Origin: Octopus bimaculoides
Taxonomy: Eukaryota
Assembly: GCF_001194135.2 (NCBI RefSeq)
Contig: NC_068985.1
Coordinates: 102,623,327-102,667,142 of the forward strand
Length of the DNA stretch: 43,816 bases
Reading direction: 5' to 3'
Under the pieces are notes generated by a model. That model was not told the DNA's origin. It saw nothing but the letters and a program-made list of their open reading frames with translations, and made no database searches. Positions 1 to 11,940 of this stretch are shown in pieces; position 1 is the stretch's first letter, and each line of letters starts with the position of its first letter. The translations under genes and the position numbers were made by a program.

Positions 1-54
1 TTTTTTTTTTTTGTGGTTGATGATTAGATTGACTGAAATACACATAACTGATAT

Positions 55-126
55 CCTATTTCATTTACTCTGGATAACAGAAAAGCAAAGCAAAGTTAAT
101 CTCGGTGGAGTATGAACTCTGAGCGT
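55..126 (-). mobile_element. SINE family A, internal fragment (inverted relative to the next two copies)
   Basis: The reverse complement of 90-126 matches 228-264 of the adjacent + copy at 27/37 nt (B-box region through GACTTTGC). Confidence 0.65.
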
Positions 127-162
127 CATAATAACTGAAAGCGATATCTCAAGGCAGTCGAA

Positions 163-369
163 GGCGGTGAGCTGGTAGAATCGTTAGCACACCGGGAGAA
201 ATGCTTAGGGGTTTTTCCTCCGTCCTAACGTTCTGAGTTTAAATTCCACCAAGTCCGACTTTGCCTTTCATCCTTTCGGTGTCGATAAATTAAGTACCAG
301 TTACGTACTGGAGTTGCTCTAATCAACTGGCCCCCTATCCAAAAATTCCGGGCCTAGAGTAGAAAAGAT
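163..369 (+). mobile_element. tRNA-derived SINE, family A, near full length
   Basis: Head GGCGGTGAGCTGGTAGAATCGTTAGC (A-box-like), B-box-like GAGTTTAAATTCC, and central GACTTTGCCTTTCATCCTTTCGGTGTCGATAAATTAAGTACCAG. The central block recurs in degenerate form at 456-510, 30430-30475, 41452-41500 and elsewhere in the window. Confidence 0.85.
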
Positions 370-586
370 GGCGGCGAGCTAGTAGAATCGTTAGTATGGT
401 GACCAAAATACCAAGCTGCATTTCGTTTGTCTTTAAATGCTGAGTTCAAACTCTGCCATGGTCAACTTTTACTTTCATCTTTTCGAAGTTGATAATATAA
501 ATACCAGTTGAACACTGGGGTGTATGATATTGGCTTAACACTTCCCCCGAAATTGCTAGCCTTGTGCCAATATTTGAAACCAGTAT
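370..586 (+). mobile_element. tRNA-derived SINE, family A, second head-to-tail copy
   Basis: GGCGGCGAGCTAGTAGAATCGTTAG head directly after the previous copy, B-box GAGTTCAAACTCT, degenerate central block, and tail GCCTTGTGCCAATATTTGAAACC. Confidence 0.8.
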
Positions 587-653
587 CTTAAGGGTTTTTT
601 TTGTCTTCTGACATCTTGACATCATCTCACTGACTATCGATCTTTCCATCTCT

Positions 654-659
<6 letters not shown>

Positions 660-704
<45 letters not shown>
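660..704. repeat. (CT)n microsatellite running into a gap
   Basis: Direct reading. Confidence 0.95.
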
Positions 705-1591
705 NNNNNNNNNNNNNNNNNNNNNNNNNNNNNNNNNNNNNNNNNNNNNNNNNNNNNNNNNNNNNNNNNNNNNNNNNNNNNNNNNNNNNNNNNNNNNNNN
801 NNNNNNNNNNNNNNNNNNNNNNNNNNNNNNNNNNNNNNNNNNNNNNNNNNNNNNNNNNNNNNNNNNNNNNNNNNNNNNNNNNNNNNNNNNNNNNNNNNNN
901 NNNNNNNNNNNNNNNNNNNNNNNNNNNNNNNNNNNNNNNNNNNNNNNNNNNNNNNNNNNNNNNNNNNNNNNNNNNNNNNNNNNNNNNNNNNNNNNNNNNN
1001 NNNNNNNNNNNNNNNNNNNNNNNNNNNNNNNNNNNNNNNNNNNNNNNNNNNNNNNNNNNNNNNNNNNNNNNNNNNNNNNNNNNNNNNNNNNNNNNNNNNN
1101 NNNNNNNNNNNNNNNNNNNNNNNNNNNNNNNNNNNNNNNNNNNNNNNNNNNNNNNNNNNNNNNNNNNNNNNNNNNNNNNNNNNNNNNNNNNNNNNNNNNN
1201 NNNNNNNNNNNNNNNNNNNNNNNNNNNNNNNNNNNNNNNNNNNNNNNNNNNNNNNNNNNNNNNNNNNNNNNNNNNNNNNNNNNNNNNNNNNNNNNNNNNN
1301 NNNNNNNNNNNNNNNNNNNNNNNNNNNNNNNNNNNNNNNNNNNNNNNNNNNNNNNNNNNNNNNNNNNNNNNNNNNNNNNNNNNNNNNNNNNNNNNNNNNN
1401 NNNNNNNNNNNNNNNNNNNNNNNNNNNNNNNNNNNNNNNNNNTTTCAAGCCACTGATGCTTTCAGTCAGGGAGGAAAAATAATCTTGGTGCGCGGATCCA
1501 CATCCAAGCACTTCATGAACAGATTTGTATAAGATATATATATATATATATATATATACATATGTATTTATGTATGTACGTACGCACTTAC

Positions 1592-1644
<53 letters not shown>
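1592..1644. repeat. (GATA)n microsatellite
   Basis: Direct reading. Confidence 0.95.
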
Positions 1645-1670
1645 TCTGCACAGTCATGTTTGTGTTTGTA

Positions 1671-1730
1671 TGCAGGTATGGTTGTTTCATGACAAAGTTC
1701 GCAACCATGCGTTCCTGGGTTCAATCCTTT
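1671..1730 (+). mobile_element. SINE family B, isolated tRNA-like head
   Basis: TGCAGGTATGGTTG...TTCGCAACCATGCGTTCCTGGGTTCAATCC (B-box GGTTCAATCC). Similar heads occur at 5076, 33977 (minus) and 39440. Confidence 0.6.
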
Positions 1731-1867
1731 ATTGCTGCCTCTTGCTTAACTTCGTTAACCGTAGCCTCTTATCGACCTTTGTGAAAACAATAAATGTATA
1801 GAAGTTATACGGTTGAATAGATTAAGGGAGATAACTAAAATATATCTACTGACTCGTCCCGCTGTTA

Positions 1868-1885
1868 GTGGTGGTGGTGGTGGTG

Positions 1886-1952
<67 letters not shown>

Positions 1953-1958
1953 CAGCTT

Positions 1959-2013
<55 letters not shown>
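1868..2013. repeat. Compound (GTG)n-(GTA)n microsatellite
   Basis: Direct reading; source of the poly-V/S/T ORFs in the track. Confidence 0.95.
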
Positions 2014-2670
2014 TCTTAAGCTTCTAATTTCAAGGTTTAAATATCGGCAAACCCTCTGGTGTAGCGCCCTATCGCACAACGCACGGTTCGTTTTCTGTGG
2101 GATATTTCGACCTTTACTTGCTGTCAAAGTAGTGTAGCATTTCCAGACTTTCAAATCTCACTCTCTAGGAGATCTTGAAAATAAAAAACATATGCATTTC
2201 CAAAAGGCATGGTTCTAAACCAATCTTAGAATATTAACCACGATATACGATCAAGATTAAATTTCAAAATATCAATTTCAACATTGTCGTGTTTTTAATG
2301 TGAGTTTGAAAGACAAACACTCACACACATACATGCATAAATTCATACATACCCATATCTACACACGCTTACATGCGCACACACACACACGTGCTAACAC
2401 GCATAAATCTATAACTGCTGTTAAAATATTTCAGCATTTTACACGTCCTATCATGCCTTGAATTCCACACCTGTTTTCCCTGTATTATTCTTATTTCTAT
2501 TATTAGCCTTGAATTCCACACACTATTCTATTCCGAATTTGCAGCCACCCCACCCCCCTCCTTTCCCACCTCCACCCCCGGCCACGGGACGCACTTCAAT
2601 GAATATCGGAGTGGGATATCAAACCCACTACTGAGTCTGATTTTGATTCAGTGCCGTACCTTTACAAGAA

Positions 2671-2919
2671 GCACGTGGCTTACTGTTTGCGGTGTTCGGC
2701 TAACAATCGTAAAGTTGTGAGTTCGAATTCCGCCGGTGCGTTGTATCCTTTAGCAAGACACTTTATTTCACGTTGTTCCAGTTGACTGAGCAGGTGGCAA
2801 AAAGTGTAGTTCCTGTAATGCAGTCGCCTACACGTTAATTTCACGAGCAGATTGTTCAATTGATCTGATCATGAACTAGACCCTGCTCATCGTCGTAAAC
2901 GACGGAGTGCCAACCAGTT
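2671..2919 (+). mobile_element. tRNA-derived SINE, family C
   Basis: GCACGTGGCTTACTG head, strong B-box GTGAGTTCGAATTCC, then GTTGTATCCTTTAGCAAGACACTTTATTTCAC, resembling the CCTTGRGCAAGRCACTT block after the tRNA head in Deu/Nin-type SINEs; followed by (TA)n. Confidence 0.75.
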
Positions 2920-3009
2920 ATATATATATAGCATACACTTTAGATCTAAAGGGGATGAAAATGAACGCAAAAGAACTTACCACTTTTTTAACTATTTAGA
3001 CAGACAAAC

Positions 3010-3069
<60 letters not shown>
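3010..3069. repeat. (GATA)n microsatellite
   Basis: Direct reading. Confidence 0.95.
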
Positions 3070-3751
3070 TCATTCAATGGTTTATAATATACGTATGACA
3101 TTGTTGAACCAGCTGCAAGTTTATTTGACTTTTCTATTTGTTCATCCAATACATGTCTACTTAGTACAAAAAATTCTTCTTTTATATTGACAGAATTTTT
3201 TTACAATAAATTAAAACTGTTCTTAAACGAACAAATTCAATTATAAATAACTTTTGAATCTACTGGTTTCAGATTGCAGTTATATGATTAACTAGTTCTG
3301 TTTTATTTCTTGATTTCTGATGTTTGTTTTTTTTCTTTTTTGTTCCTTAACTCTTTGTCAGAGCTGTTACTGATGCCTTCGTCGTTTCCGTCTTCTTTTT
3401 AAGTATCAATGTCAATAGCTTTGTTATTCTTTCATTTCTTGTTGTTCTTCTTGAGTCTTCATATTGAAAGTATTAGTTGAGTTACTAGTTGATAAAGGGT
3501 TGTCGTAGTAATAATAAAGGAGTGCTGGGGATAGTGTCAGTTGGGCTGCGGCATCTTAGTTCGCCATTTTGTTTTCCATTTTATTTTGTTTTTTGTTTTA
3601 GGATATTTTCTTTTTACATTAATCTCCAAAACAATAGAACTTCCAAAATCGATATCGAGTATTTTTTTAAATACAAAAATAAAATTGTGCATGTTATTCA
3701 ATCTAATTCTAATTACTGAATAACTTTTATTTGGATTTTATCAATTATCTC

Positions 3752-3752
<1 letters not shown>

Positions 3753-3822
<70 letters not shown>

Positions 3823-3866
3823 CATTACAATTGTTGTTGCTGTTGTTGTTCTTGTTCTTGTTGTTT
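3753..3866. repeat. (ATT)n grading into (GTT)n
   Basis: Direct reading. Confidence 0.9.
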
Positions 3867-5075
3867 TTCAGTTTGTTGCAAATTATAGTTTTGTATTCGT
3901 TTTTATATTAACTTCTTACTGTTATTAGTTTTGTTCTTTTTTATAATTATTATTTGCGGTATTATTACTATTAATAATATTAGAATTTCCATATTAAAAG
4001 TTACCCACGTTAGTTAAGTGGAATGAACCGATATGTCGGTACTGATAGCTAACTTTACTGGGTAGAAATAGATTTAAAATACTGGCATGTATTTAAAAAG
4101 ATTCTCTATAAAGTAAATAGTATTGGGGAAAATGTGTAAGACGCATGTCTACCTGGGAATGTAGAACATATATATTTTATGTTATATATTTGTTCTTGTC
4201 TTATTTGCGTGTTTATCGTTTGTTTCTTGGGTAATTGAATTCGAGACAAATTGAAAAAAAGATATCTAAATATCTAAAACAACATGTAATTAAGATTTAT
4301 TTCAATTGCTCAAAAATATATTTAAACATTTTTTTTATTTTCTTGTTTTTCTTTCTATTTTCAACAAAATTTCGTTAAAATTAATTCTTTAGGAAGAATA
4401 TAACTTCAGTTTGAAAAAAGAATTGAATTGAAGGATTACCTTTTGGCGTACATGACTTCAGTTTAAGTTTCGAATTATAACTGTGAGTCAGGTGCGTCTT
4501 TTGCTCTTAGAAAGCAACCAACTTCACAACATTTCCTTTTCTAACAAGGAATTATCTAGAAAATTCATTTTTAACAACTTATAAAACCCACATCTTTCTA
4601 CCCTCTAAAGATTCTGTAATGAGATGCCAGAATTTTCACACGTTTAGGGATGTATATAAGCGGAAATAATTACAATTGAGAAATAAAACTCATTCGTCGT
4701 AAATTTACTTCTCAGAGAGATCATGGTATATTCCATCTCTCCTGTCGAAATGTGAATATGTATGCTTTTAGAACTACATCTATAGATGGCTTCTTAACTT
4801 GATTTTATTTTATATCATGGATGTTAATCGACTCTGTTTCGAATGGCTTCTAGAATGGATAATTGTTGAAGGTAAATATCGTCGAGTCAATAACGTACGT
4901 GTCATATAATATCACAGTTAAAATTATTTGAAGAGAACTCTCAACGAAAACAACTTTCTACTTCTGGAAAGCAAATATAATTTTCTGGATCTAATTTGCA
5001 GAACTGTAAACTTAACGAATTAAAAAATCTGTAAAGTGTTTACGAAATACGTAATTGCTAAGGTATAAAGTTATT

Positions 5076-5146
5076 TATGGTTCTGTAGTTAAGAAGCTCA
5101 CTTCGCAACCATGGGGTTTCTAGTTCGATCTTGCACCGAAGTACTT
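5076..5146 (+). mobile_element. SINE family B, tRNA-like head fragment
   Basis: TATGGTTCTGTAGTTAAGAAGCTCACTTCGCAACCATGGGGTTTCTAGTTCGATC; shares TTCGCAACCATG with the 1671 head. Confidence 0.6.
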
Positions 5147-5664
5147 GGTTTTGGTGGTGGCGGTGGAGGCGGTTATAGTGGTGGTGTTGGTGCGGGTGCT
5201 GGTGCTGGTGCTCGTGCTGGTACTGGTGGGAGTGTTGAGAGATGCTAGAGTTTCTGTAGATGTTATCTGGAAGGCTGGTTCTTCATCAACTTTGATATTT
5301 ATTGTAGATTTCCGAAACTCTATGAATCTTTAGTTAAATATTGAAGTCAAGCACTTGATTTTGCAGTCCGTTATATATATATTTCTCTCTTGGATGTACG
5401 AAAATGTTATCCCTCTTAATTTCTGACCTTTTGCGCACATTTAATTGAGTCTGGATAGTACTAGGGTTACAAGGCATAGCGTAAGAAAGAAAGTTTCAAA
5501 GGGGAAAAAGTTAATAAAATCAAAACAAGAAAAGGTGGATTAGCTATGTGGGCAGCGTCCGAAGATTGCGCTGAGACAACATAAATGTTAGAAAGTACTG
5601 TCTGGCATACCCTCATCGCATGAAACTAATAATAGCACATAAACACATATTTTCTGTTTATTAG

Positions 5665-5725
<61 letters not shown>

Positions 5726-6940
5726 ACGTATGTATTATGGTTGCCACGACAGAAGGCAGCTGAACCCCAGCCAAAGTCAGTAGCTGCTGCCCCTTTGCAT
5801 TCATCTTTGGTGCTTGGTAATTCAACATGGTATATGGATGTTATTAATGCTGTTTATTTCATGTGTACTAAGTATTTTCAGTTTGTCTGGACTGAATGAA
5901 TGGTAAGATTAATAGAAATCGTTTATTGTTTTCGAGGAATCATTTTTGCTTTGGGTGATTGAAAATGTAGCAGAAGTAATTGTGAGAAAAAAATGCCATA
6001 CGCATTTCGATACAGCTTTTCATACGATGCTTGGTTTTGTTCTTTTCTTTTTATTTTCCTTTATGCTGGTGATGTATGCGTGTAATTTGCATATAGCCCA
6101 TGATGGAACAAAGTACGATATAATTCTTGTTCTTTCTTAGCTTGTTATGATTAAATGTGAAAGCCTAGAGGCTCAGCCAGAACTGCTACGAACCATGATG
6201 AATCGAAAAACATATTTATCGACTGCTTTTGTTTTTGTTTAATGCTTTTTTCGTTTGTTTGTGCTAACTACATTCTGTGCTTCTGGGAAATCTAAGTATT
6301 TGTGCATCGGTCTGCTTTTTCTCTCTACAAATGCTATCAAAACTGAAAGAATGATATATGTAAAATATGTCTGTCTTTAGTATGTGTGTGTTCTATTTAT
6401 GATACTCAGTATGATGGTTTACTTTAAATCAGGTTCTCTGGTGTTACTCGTATGAAGTGTGATGGTGTACTTCCTAGGAGCGGCATTAAGTTTGCTGTTT
6501 CGGAAATGGTTAGTGCAAGGTTGTATCTACCTTTGTGGATTAGTGCGAAACGATTGTTATGATATCTAGATGTGTGAATTTGAGAAGCAGCAGCTGAATA
6601 CAATTCTTAAACAAATAAAGGAAAGACTTTGTAATACATTTAGGAATATACAGATTTTAGTACTGCTCTTACATAGATTCGATAATCTGGAAGGCAGTTT
6701 CTTAGTACGTGTTGTGTATTGCTTCTAATTGAAACGTTTAGCATTTTTTCATGTGGATGGCAAGGATAGAGTCGAAACATTTACTGGTTCTTTTAGTAGT
6801 CTGAATAATGTAAATGAGTTTGTATGCTCTGTCGTCGAAGCCAAAGTGCATTTTCTGTTTCATGTTTGGCAATAATCTGCTATTTGGTATCGTTGTCTAA
6901 CTCCATGTTACTTTTAATCGAAAGGAGAAGCGTGGCCTGT

Positions 6941-7811
6941 TACCGGTTCGATGATCAATATGCGGACTATTGCCATAGTAACGAAGCTAAGATACGCAGA
7001 GTGAAGCTGCTTGTCACAGATTGACCTTGAACTCCGTTGTGCATGAGCACTAAGTTTTAACGTCCATGATTACTTCCGCTGTTTACAGCGGGGCTTTGAA
7101 GGAACGTATGTAGCGTGAGATTGTCGCAGCGCCATGAGAGAGAAAGTTGAGCACAGAGGCTGCATCAAGTTTTGCCAAAAGCTTGACGATACCGGCTCAG
7201 AGGCCTACGTAAAGTTTACGAAATGTTTTCATCTTTCTCGACGCAATCAAGGAGATCTTGTACAAATGAAACTCGATTGTCTTTCTGGTCAGCTTAAAGC
7301 AGTTTTGGCACAAATGTGGCAGACACGCATCTCATACCCAACCAACTCTTCAGTCATAATGGATAATGGACTGTACTGAACCGTAACTAATCTGCACATC
7401 CTCTGATAACTCACGGATGGTGATTCGACGATTTCCCCTCAGCTGCACACATATCTGTGATGTTTTTCTCAGTTCTTCTGGTTGCGGGTCTCCCTGAACG
7501 TTCGTCCCAGAACGGCTATCTTGGAAACGTCTCAACCACTCGTACACTTCTTTTCATACACGTTCTGCAACTTTTCCTAGGCCTCTGAGGAGGTATCGCC
7601 ATGACAACTGTGTCATGGTCAATGCGACGATCACACGCTGTACACCTTCCTTCCAAGCACTGCTGTAAACAGTGAAGTAAGCTAGAACGTTAAAACTTAG
7701 TGCACATGCACAACAGAGATGAAGGTCAATCTTTGCCAAGTGGCTTTATTCTGCGTAATGTAGCTTCGTTACTATGGCAACGGTCCGGATACTTATTGAT
7801 CAGATCTCGTA
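6941..7811. mobile_element. Defective mariner-type DNA transposon made of two convergent 5' ends (long inverted arms, no catalytic domain)
   Basis: The + strand at 7134 reads MREKVEHRGCIKFCQKLDDTGSEAY. The minus strand reads VYEWLRRFQDSR...NRRITIRELSEDVQISYGSVQSII...GMRCVSATFVPKLL*ADQK (mariner HTH plus WVPHEL-type linker). Arms 6943-7216 and 7569-7809 include exact inverted blocks 6970-6989/7761-7780 (20/20) and 7047-7063/7687-7703 (17/17). TA occurs at 6941-6942 and 7810-7811. Confidence 0.88.
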
Positions 7812-9776
7812 TATACGGTCAAACGAGACGTGATTGGGGAAATTTCAGCTGCTATTACTAAGGCTATGGACTTCCTTTCCTGCCCAACTTTTCCTACTGC
7901 GGAATATATTTCCACAAGAATATATCTGCAGATTTTAGCTATAATTATATCTTGTAGCTACTTTAAATACAATTTTTTTTCATACAATATCTATGGAAGT
8001 AGAACGAGACGGATCAGTATAACTGCCCAAGAAAATATTGTGTATAAAAAATATTTGTTTCTGCTGTTTTTAGGTTTAGCTACATCCATAGATATATTCT
8101 GTAGACGAGTAACGCATAGAAACATATTACTGCTAACGTACAAGTAATATATACCTGTGCAAATATATATATATATATATATATATACATAAATGTATAT
8201 ATGTATTAGTTATAATTCACTTCCAAAATATTCCAGCGTTTAAAACACAATTTATATGTGTTTGAAACTTAGCTCAAAAGGAAGAAGGAACTATAACTAA
8301 ATTCGCAATACTGATTCAGATAGAAACATAGAAACATTTACCTTTGAAGAAATGGATTAAGTTAATGCAGAATTTCCATCAGTATATAAATCAGATCAAA
8401 CGAAAACCTGACAAAGCTTTCTTTAAATAACATTTCTAAATAGCCGGAAATTAGATAGATTCCCTGAAAACAAAAAGTCGCGTTTCTAAGAATTCGCAGT
8501 ATATATGAGGATACATTTTCCTGTTACTGAAATATGAAAAGTGTCGATTATTAAAAATAATTTTCCCAGATAAATATGTTATGCATGTGGATGAAAAGGA
8601 AATCACTTACTGCTAGTGTAAAGAATATTGAGCGCATAGTATCAAACAAAAATACAGAAATGTTAAATCGCTGTTCAATTAGAGACAGGAGATGTTAAGA
8701 GCACAATATTACTGGTTATAACTATATGGACTAATGACACTAGTCTATTTAGGGCAAATCGAAGTTGGCATATGTTTCCCAAGACATAAACATCAAAGTA
8801 ATGCTTATTTGGTGGTAAATATAGGTGCAACGAAGAGAATTCTAGTGGAGACTTTAGGCAATTATAGTGAATTATATAGCCTGTATGCACTTTTGCTTTA
8901 AAAACAATTGACAAAAATGTGCTATTCTCGAATTTTCTGTAATTTTGCCCATTGCATGACTTTTCTCTTTTTCAAGAATGTGTCATTAATTTGCCAGCGA
9001 AATGGCGACCATTGAACATGGATGGACGAACCTGAGAAAACGAGGAAACTTTAAATAGAATATACGTATGTCAGCATTTATCATACTTTGTACGTGGGTG
9101 GGGGGGGGCACTACGCATGAGTATATGAGTATTTTCACTCATCGAGATTTCTGTTTCTCTAATTTTCCCTCGCTCTCTCTTCCGCTCTCTCTTTTTTCCC
9201 TTTCTCCCCTCCTGTATGTATACACACACATAATGTCTGTATTATGTATTTATGTATGTATAGATACATACACACACACAAATATATATATATATATATA
9301 NNNNNNNNNNNNNNNNNNNNNNNNNNNNNNNNNNNNNNNNNNNNNNNNNNNNNNNNNNNNNNNNNNNNNNNNNNNNNNNNNNNNNNNNNNNNNNNNNNNN
9401 NNNNNNNNNNNNNNNNNNNNNNNNNNNNNNNNNNNNNNNNNNNNNNNNNNNNNNNNNNNNNNNNNNNNNNNNNNNNNNNNNNNNNNNNNNNNNNNNNNNN
9501 NNNNNNNNNNNNNNNNNNNNNNNNNNNNNNNNNNNNNNNNNNNNNNNNNNNNNNNNNNNNNNNNNNNNNNNNNNNNNNNNNNNNNNNNNNNNNNNNNNNN
9601 NNNNNNNNNNNNNNNNNNNNNNNNNNNNNNNNNNNNNNNNNNNNNNNNNNNNNNNNNNNNNNNNNNNNNNNNNNNNNNNNNNNNNNNNNNNNNNNNNNNN
9701 NNNNNNNNNNNNNNNNNNNNNNAACTTCTACACATACGTATATATATGTGTGGATGGAAATATATACATGTGTGTC

Positions 9777-9817
<41 letters not shown>

Positions 9818-10335
9818 TTGTTTGGTTGTGTGTGTGTGTGTGCAAATTTACATATGAGTATATAGAAGTATGTACATGTACATATCAATATACGTGTGTC
9901 TGTGTTTGTGTTTGTATGCGTGTGTGTGTGTGTGTGTGTGCGTGTATGTGTTAGAGTCTGCGCGTGTCTGTGCGTGGCTGCTTGTGCTTACGTGCGGCGT
10001 AGTGTATGTCCATGTATGTAGCTTCTTGCTTAGGTACGTACAGAGGTGTATGTGAAGTGAGAGATCGATAATTGCTAAATGTGCACTCTGATTGATGTGA
10101 CCACTTTGATCTGCGCAATATACACCCAAATGAATTCACAGAAAGGAAAAGAAAGAAAAAAAATTATGATATTAAATGGTGTTCCTTCTTTCTATCTTCC
10201 TCACACATAGCGATGTAGATTCACTTGTCCGCCTAGACACAGGACTGTTCAGATATTAACACGTATATGTGTTTATATACCGACTCCATATTATACATGT
10301 GTGTGTGTATGTGTGTGTGTGTATGTGTGTGTGTG

Positions 10336-10384
<49 letters not shown>

Positions 10385-11097
10385 NNNNNNNNNNNNNNNN
10401 NNNNNNNNNNNNNNNNNNNNNNNNNNNNNNNNNNNNNNNNNNNNNNNNNNNNNNNNNNNNNNNNNNNNNNNNNNNNNNNNNNNNNNNNNNNNNNNNNNNN
10501 NNNNNNNNNNNNNNNNNNNNNNNNNNNNNNNNNNNNNNNNNNNNNNNNNNNNNNNNNNNNNNNNNNNNNNNNNNNNNNNNNNNNNNNNNNNNNNNNNNNN
10601 NNNNNNNNNNNNNNNNNNNNNNNNNNNNNNNNNNNNNNNNNNNNNNNNNNNNNNNNNNNNNNNNNNNNNNNNNNNTGAGATGTACAGATACAATAACACA
10701 ATATAAAATATTTAAAAACAAAAAACACAGAAGTTTACCTATACCTTTCACTTCAAGTAGAAAATATCTGTGTTTTAAGAAAACCCCGACTTCTAATATA
10801 TTCCTTTTCTGAACCGGAAAGAGACTCGCTGATTGACGTTAGCAGCTTGATGTCTCAGTCCGACTCATTTCCATATACGGTAATCCAATAATCTGAACGT
10901 ATAATTCGGAATGATTGAAAAGAAACCTTTCCTATCGATTTATGAGTATCAGCGAACATAGGCAAAATACATGAATCTCACCCAATTTCCCCCCCCCCGT
11001 CTCTGTTTGTTGTTTACCGCGCTCTCTTCTCTCTGTCTCTGTGATTGTCTTTATTTATGTGTGTGTATGTGTGTGTTTGCATATACGAATATATATA

Positions 11098-11175
<78 letters not shown>

Positions 11176-11597
11176 TTCAAGCAAACAGGCAAAAATATTT
11201 ATATACATACGTATGTATATATGTGTGTGTGCTCATATGAATTCATACCTTCACGCGCATGCGCGCGCGCACACATACAGACACCCATAAACATATATAG
11301 TTGTACAAGCGCCTGTATATATCTGGAGTTATCATACATACATGTGCGCATCAATTCTGTATATGAGCTTATCCATATATCAATTTAGCTATCTCTTATT
11401 ACCGATTCAACTTGTTGTGTCATATACATTTCTTTTCATTTTCCTGCCAATCGCTTACATTTCAATAATATAGATAAAAACAAATAGAAATCATGACATA
11501 TACATAGTAACAGCTAAAAGTATATGTACACCTACTCACAACTATATACAAACGCGTCACAAATTAATATTATTATTATTGTTGTTGTTGCTGTAAT

Positions 11598-11700
11598 GCT
11601 TTTACGAGTTCAAGTCATTGGACTATGACCATGCTGGGGCACAGCCGGTAACGGGTTTAGACCATTATATCAATCACTAAATTTTGATGCTGATTTTATT
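11598..11700 (-). mobile_element. SINE family B, 3' tail fragment
   Basis: AGTCATTGGACTATGACCATGCTGGGGCAC is a degenerate reverse complement of the GTGCCCCAGCATAGCCACAGTTCAATGACT tail at 39850-39879. Confidence 0.6.
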
Positions 11701-11908
11701 AACACCGTGGAGAAGCTGGTTTGCTCGTAGAACGGTTTGATAACAAGCCATAAAAACACCTCAAAAGGACGTCAGAAGGCATTTTTTTTTTACTTCGATG
11801 ATGTTATGTATCTTGCCGCACCACTCGATACATTGATATGTGTGGCTGTGTGTTCATATATATATCGATATATCAATAAACACACAAACGCAAACTCACA
11901 ACACACAC

Positions 11909-11940
<32 letters not shown>

